Origin: an uncultured bacterium
GTDB lineage: Bacteria > Patescibacteriota > Minisyncoccia > Phycocordibacterales > PALSA-1337
Assembly: GCA_903839725.1 (NCBI GenBank)
Contig: CAIMDG010000002.1
Span: forward strand, 241,117 to 305,116
DNA: 64,000 nucleotides
Direction of reading: 5' to 3'
The position numbers and the translations under genes are program-made. A model generated the notes under the pieces. It had not been told where the DNA came from, did no database searches, and saw only the letters and a list, made by a program, of their open reading frames with translations. The number at the start of each line of letters is the position of its first letter. The first letter of the stretch is position 1. This document shows positions 60,579 to 64,000 of this stretch, piece after piece.

Positions 60579-61352
60579 ATGAGCAAGAAAGATGTAAAAG
60601 ACATACCAATCCTCTATGAGGATGATCAGTGCCTCGTGGTCAACAAACCAGCGGGTCTAATGGTGCATGCAGATGGTAGATCAGAAGGTCCATTCCTGAC
60701 TGATTGGGTTATAAAGAACTATCCAGAAACTGCCAATGTCGGTGAACCTATCCGCACCCCAGAAGGGGAAGTTGTTGTACGTCCTGGCATTGTTCACCGC
60801 CTCGACAGAGAGACAACTGGCGCACTTATCATTGCAAAAACAGCAGAAGCACACGCGCATCTCAAGGCGCAATTCAAGGATCGTACCGTTCATAAAAAAT
60901 ATCTTGTATTTGTATGGGGAGAGTTTACTGAAGAATTCGGAACAATCAATCGCTCGATCGGCCGCAGTAGTAGTGACTTCCGTCGATGGTCAGCGCAGCG
61001 TGGTATTCGTGGGGAAGTACGAAAAGCTGAGACATATTGGACACGTATCGGTAAAGCGCAAATCGGAGATGATCCACATGCCAAGTTTTCATTGTTGATA
61101 GCTGAACCAAAGACTGGTCGTACGCACCAGATTCGCGTGCATATGCTTGCAGTACAGCATCCAGTTGTCGGAGATACACTCTACGCTGAAAAGAAGCCTA
61201 TGGCTCTTGGATTCAAGAGATTGGCCCTTCATTCATGGTCAATCGAGTTCGAAAACATGGAAGGAAAGAGTATTCACGTCATTGCACCACTTCCTCGAGA
61301 TTTCACTCATGCATGTAAAGAATTGGGCGTTGATCCTAAAAAGATCAAATAG
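60579..61352 (+). CDS. RluA-family pseudouridine synthase
   Basis: Catalytic motif HRLDRETTGALIIAKT and the RluA core; no S4 domain. Confidence 0.85.
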   Translation: MSKKDVKDIPILYEDDQCLVVNKPAGLMVHADGRSEGPFLTDWVIKNYPETANVGEPIRTPEGEVVVRPGIVHRLDRETTGALIIAKTAEAHAHLKAQFKDRTVHKKYLVFVWGEFTEEFGTINRSIGRSSSDFRRWSAQRGIRGEVRKAETYWTRIGKAQIGDDPHAKFSLLIAEPKTGRTHQIRVHMLAVQHPVVGDTLYAEKKPMALGFKRLALHSWSIEFENMEGKSIHVIAPLPRDFTHACKELGVDPKKIK

Positions 61353-61392
61353 TCTTGAATATTTAATGGCTATATGATAAGGTAGTCCCACT

Positions 61393-61839
61393 ATGGCAAC
61401 TAAGGTAATTTCAACCGTCAATATTGAAGAGCGCAAGAAACTCGACATTCGTCCTGGTGACCTTGTTCGTGTATGGCAGAAAATCGAAGAAGACAAGGGT
61501 AAGTTCCGTCTTCAGGCATTCGAAGGTATCGTTATGTCACACAAGCATGGCCGTGAAGCCGGAGGTATGTTCGCTGTTCGTAAGGTTGTCGGTGGTATTG
61601 GAGTAGAACGCATTTTCCCATTATATTCTCCTATGGTTGATGAGATCGAACTCGTTCGCCGCTCAAAGGTCCGCCGCGCAAAGCTTTATTTCATCCGTCG
61701 CAAGGCAGCAAAGGAAATTCGTCACCAGATGCGTCGCATTCTCGACACAAAGGATCCCAATGAAGTTGTTAAAACAGACGTCATCAAAAAGGGAACAAAG
61801 GCTGATGCAAAGGAAGAGGTTACTGCAGAAGCAAAATAA
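61393..61839 (+). CDS. rplS: 50S ribosomal protein L19 (with a C-terminal K/E-rich extension)
   Basis: GDLVRVWQKIEEDKGKFRLQAFEGIVMS ... matches the L19 consensus. Confidence 0.85.
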   Translation: MATKVISTVNIEERKKLDIRPGDLVRVWQKIEEDKGKFRLQAFEGIVMSHKHGREAGGMFAVRKVVGGIGVERIFPLYSPMVDEIELVRRSKVRRAKLYFIRRKAAKEIRHQMRRILDTKDPNEVVKTDVIKKGTKADAKEEVTAEAK

Positions 61840-61852
61840 TACAAACAAAAAA

Positions 61853-61875
61853 ACCGCTGAGAAGCGGTTTTTTTG
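61853..61875 (+). terminator. Rho-independent terminator (accgct-gaga-agcggt, T7)
   Basis: 6-bp stem, GAGA loop, T-tract. Confidence 0.65.
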
Positions 61876-61897
61876 TTGCCCACTAGCAATTATGTAA

Positions 61898-62060
61898 CGT
61901 GTGCGCGGGAGAAGACTCGGCCTCGCCTCTCACTCGGCTACCCGCCTCGTTCGGGCTGGCCACCGGCTCGCGGTTTCGTGTTGCTACACGAAACATCGCT
62001 CCGCCGTTCGAGTCTTGAACGCGAGCCAAGCAGTTGGCTCGCTAGTGGTTATTTAATGTG
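61898..62060. repeat. GC-rich insert bounded by a 21-nt direct repeat of the tRNA-Leu 3' end (gtgtgcgcgggagaagactcg at 61898-61918 and 62061-62081); it also contains a partial copy of the 60307 hairpin
   Basis: Exact 21-mer duplication; GC of the intervening ~140 nt is visibly far above the local background. Confidence 0.5.
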
Positions 62061-62062
62061 TG

Positions 62063-62146
62063 TGCGCGGGAGAAGACTCGAACTTCCATGCCCTAACGGG
62101 CGCTACCACCTCAAGGTAGTGCGTCTACCAATTTCGCCACCCGCGC
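62063..62146 (-). tRNA. tRNA-Leu (anticodon GAG), long variable arm
   Basis: Reverse complement gives GCGCGGGTGGCGAAATTGGTAGACGCACTACCTTGAGGTGGTAGCGCCCGTTAGGGCATGGAAGTTCGAGTCTTCTCCCGCGCA. Confidence 0.85.
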
Positions 62147-62247
62147 ATGGGTGTGGGGACACTATAGCTGAATGTGTGTACTTTTTCAATCTTTTAAAGT
62201 TATTACCAAAACTTTTCACTTTTCACTTTTAACTGTAAACTTGAATC

Positions 62248-62823
62248 ATGTTATATACCCGCAAAGGTGACGACGGTACAACGAGTGCTTTCAATTCCAA
62301 GAAAGGTCAGCGTATGTCCAAAAGTTCATGCCAGACAGAGTCCCTCGGAGCACTCGATGAACTCAACTCATTCCTCGGTTTACTCAAAGTGAAGTCAGTA
62401 GATATTTCATGGGGCCTACCTACGCAGGCAGGCGTGAATGGAAAAACACTCTCATATATAGTTGGTTGGACTCAAGATTGTTTGTTTACTATTCAAGCCG
62501 AAGTTGCTGGAGCGGGGAAGACTATTACTGCCGAAAAAATAACAGAGATCGAAATGATGGTGGATAGTGCGGAAAAAGAATTACCACCGATCACTACTTT
62601 TTTTATTTCAGGAGGAACAGAAATTGCAGCACTGTGTGACATTTCTCGTACACTTGCACGTAAGGCAGAGCGTCGTGTTGTCGCTGCTGTCGAAGAAAAA
62701 GAGATTATCGTAAGTCCAGAAACACTCGCATTCCTCAATCGACTTTCTTCGCTATTCTATGTTCTCGCTCGACTTATGAACCATAAATCTGGTATAAAGG
62801 AGGTATCGCCCAGTTACCACTAG
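62248..62823 (+). CDS. PduO-type ATP:cob(I)alamin adenosyltransferase-family protein
   Basis: MLYTRKGDDGTTSAFNSKKGQRMSKSS ... LDELNSFLGL matches the PduO/MMAB N-terminal signature. Confidence 0.65.
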   Translation: MLYTRKGDDGTTSAFNSKKGQRMSKSSCQTESLGALDELNSFLGLLKVKSVDISWGLPTQAGVNGKTLSYIVGWTQDCLFTIQAEVAGAGKTITAEKITEIEMMVDSAEKELPPITTFFISGGTEIAALCDISRTLARKAERRVVAAVEEKEIIVSPETLAFLNRLSSLFYVLARLMNHKSGIKEVSPSYH

Positions 62824-62914
62824 CTGGCGGTATATCTGGGAAGGTCATTGCTTCGGTTCGTTCGGCCTTTTTGTGTCCCTTAAAAGGGGATAGTCCTTCT
62901 CATGATGTGTATAT

Positions 62915-62990
62915 GGTGCCTATGGTGTAATGGTTAGCACTAGAGCTTGTGGAGCTTTCAGTTCGGGTTCGAATCCCGATAGGCACCCCA
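62915..62990 (+). tRNA. tRNA-His (anticodon GTG) with encoded G-1 and 3' CCA
   Basis: G-1 pairs with C73; acceptor GTGCCTA/TAGGCAC, anticodon loop TTGTGGA, T-loop TTCGAAT, then CCA. Confidence 0.85.
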
Positions 62991-63022
62991 TTCGAGAATG
63001 AGGATATAAATAATTTTACTAC

Positions 63023-63310
63023 TTGACTTCTTTTTTCTTTACTATATCATTCAAATATACGTTTGAATGTATGTTGTGTGCGTGGTGTCAATTTATTAAG
63101 TTCTTAGCTTCAAATAAACATATGAAAAATGAAAGTAATAATGATCGTATTGTCCGTGTCATTGTGGGTATTGTATTGATTGTTATTGGGTATGTAACTT
63201 CGGGGTATATCTCAGCTATTTCTTATATCGTTGGGATAATCTCACTCTTTACCGCAGTAACTGGTTTTTGCTTACTTTATACACTCCTTGGTTTTTCGAC
63301 AAAGAAATAA
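63023..63310 (+). CDS. DUF2892-family small inner-membrane protein (YgaP-associated)
   Basis: Two TM helices (RIVRVIVGIVLIVIGYV; IVGIISLFTAVTGFCLLY); lies upstream of a rhodanese gene. Confidence 0.5.
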   Translation: MTSFFFTISFKYTFECMLCAWCQFIKFLASNKHMKNESNNDRIVRVIVGIVLIVIGYVTSGYISAISYIVGIISLFTAVTGFCLLYTLLGFSTKK

Positions 63311-63323
63311 TTAAGCAACATAC

Positions 63324-63782
63324 ATGTCTTCTCACACTCAAATGAATACACCTGTGCATACAAATAGCCCCCAAAAAAAGATTTTTGTCTGGTTAGGTAT
63401 TGTCGTAGTTGTTGTAGTCTTGTTCTTTTTGATAGGTAGTTTGGGCAGCACGACATCAGTAAGTAATAGCGCCTATAACACATTATTGGGTTCCCAAGAA
63501 TTTATATCGATGTACAAAGCTACTCCACATGCCGAATTGATTGATGTCCGAACTCCTGCCGAATTCAGTACAAGTCACATTGCAGGTGCAATCGATATTG
63601 ATTATGAAGGTTCAGATTTTGAAACAGCAGTGAAAGCACTTGATCCTTCAAAGACATATTTTGTTTATTGTCGTTCAGGCAATAGGTCCGGAAAGGCTAC
63701 GGCTATTATGCAACAAGATGGTATAGCGCATATTTATCAGCTTCAAGGTGGCATTATCGCTGCCCCTGCTTTATTGAAGTAG
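63324..63782 (+). CDS. Rhodanese-domain protein (sulfurtransferase-like) with an N-terminal TM anchor
   Basis: Rhodanese pattern LIDVRTPAEF ... active-site loop CRSGNRSG. Confidence 0.75.
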   Translation: MSSHTQMNTPVHTNSPQKKIFVWLGIVVVVVVLFFLIGSLGSTTSVSNSAYNTLLGSQEFISMYKATPHAELIDVRTPAEFSTSHIAGAIDIDYEGSDFETAVKALDPSKTYFVYCRSGNRSGKATAIMQQDGIAHIYQLQGGIIAAPALLK

Positions 63783-63801
63783 ATCAGTCCGCTCATTTTC
63801 T

Positions 63802-64000
63802 ATGAAAAAAGAAACAAAACAACTTGAAATAGAATCTTTGGCCAAGAAGCTTCTCGTAGCTGGAGATTCAACAAGACTCAAAATCCTATGTCTTATCTTT
63901 GAAGACAAGAAGGTGTGCGTATCGGAGATGGCAAAAAAACTTGGTATGAGTGTCGCGATTGTGTCGCATCATTTACAGTCGCTTGCAAAGACTGGATTTC
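63802..64000 (+). CDS. ArsR-family transcriptional regulator (3'-truncated by the window edge)
   Basis: LKILCLIFEDKKVCVSEMAKKLGMSVAIVSHHLQSL is the ArsR HTH. Confidence 0.6.
   Translation, partial: MKKETKQLEIESLAKKLLVAGDSTRLKILCLIFEDKKVCVSEMAKKLGMSVAIVSHHLQSLAKTGF

Noticed and set aside
61898-62060. Second tRNA-Leu gene or pseudogene upstream of tRNA-Leu(GAG)
   Set aside because: Only the 21-nt 3' end is duplicated. No acceptor 5' strand, D-arm or anticodon arm can be folded, so it is a direct-repeat scar rather than a tRNA.
1-64000. CRISPR arrays
   Set aside because: No regularly spaced short direct repeats were found. All repeats are irregularly interspersed and palindrome-embedded.

Overview
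This 64-kb window reads as an AT-rich chromosomal segment from a small-genome bacterium, plausibly Patescibacteria/CPR-like (inference from gene content and compact housekeeping genes; GC content judged by eye, not computed). It carries a replication-origin neighbourhood (rpmH-rnpA-yidC, then dnaA-dnaN with a perfect DnaA box in an AT-rich spacer). Recognisable core genes include pnp, comM/yifB, pcrA/uvrD, ksgA, a class A PBP, ruvC, yebC, ruvB, ruvA, ruvX, polA, tsaE, fpg, rpsT, rplS, rluA-family, dnaA and dnaN. It also carries type IV pilus genes (pilB; pilM/N/O-like) and eight tRNAs. Four things stand out. (1) A canonical type III hammerhead ribozyme sits on the minus strand between two co-oriented genes (1545-1596). 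(2) Three families of interspersed structured repeats share an unusual architecture. In the best-preserved copies a conserved core is enclosed by a copy-specific, near-perfect inverted repeat: 26-36 bp in families 1 and 3, 18-20 bp in family 2. Family 1 has 5 copies, and families 2 and 3 are GC-rich with 2 copies each. (3) A 13-kb co-directional type IV secretion-like cluster (15448-28754) includes a VirB6-like polytopic protein, a VirB3/PrgI-like protein, a VirB4 ATPase apparently split into two translationally coupled ORFs, and a VirB2/TrbC-like pilin fusion. (4) A four-helix-bundle (23S rRNA IVS protein) gene flanked by ~35-bp inverted repeats is inserted exactly between ruvB and yebC, and a gene-less palindromic relative sits elsewhere. 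There is also a tRNA-Lys-adjacent pair (Pol-beta-type nucleotidyltransferase plus a zinc-ribbon protein), a GC-rich lipoprotein islet, and a duplicated tRNA-Leu 3' end bracketing a GC-rich insert. Coordinates of small RNA features were hand-counted and may be off by 1-2 nt.
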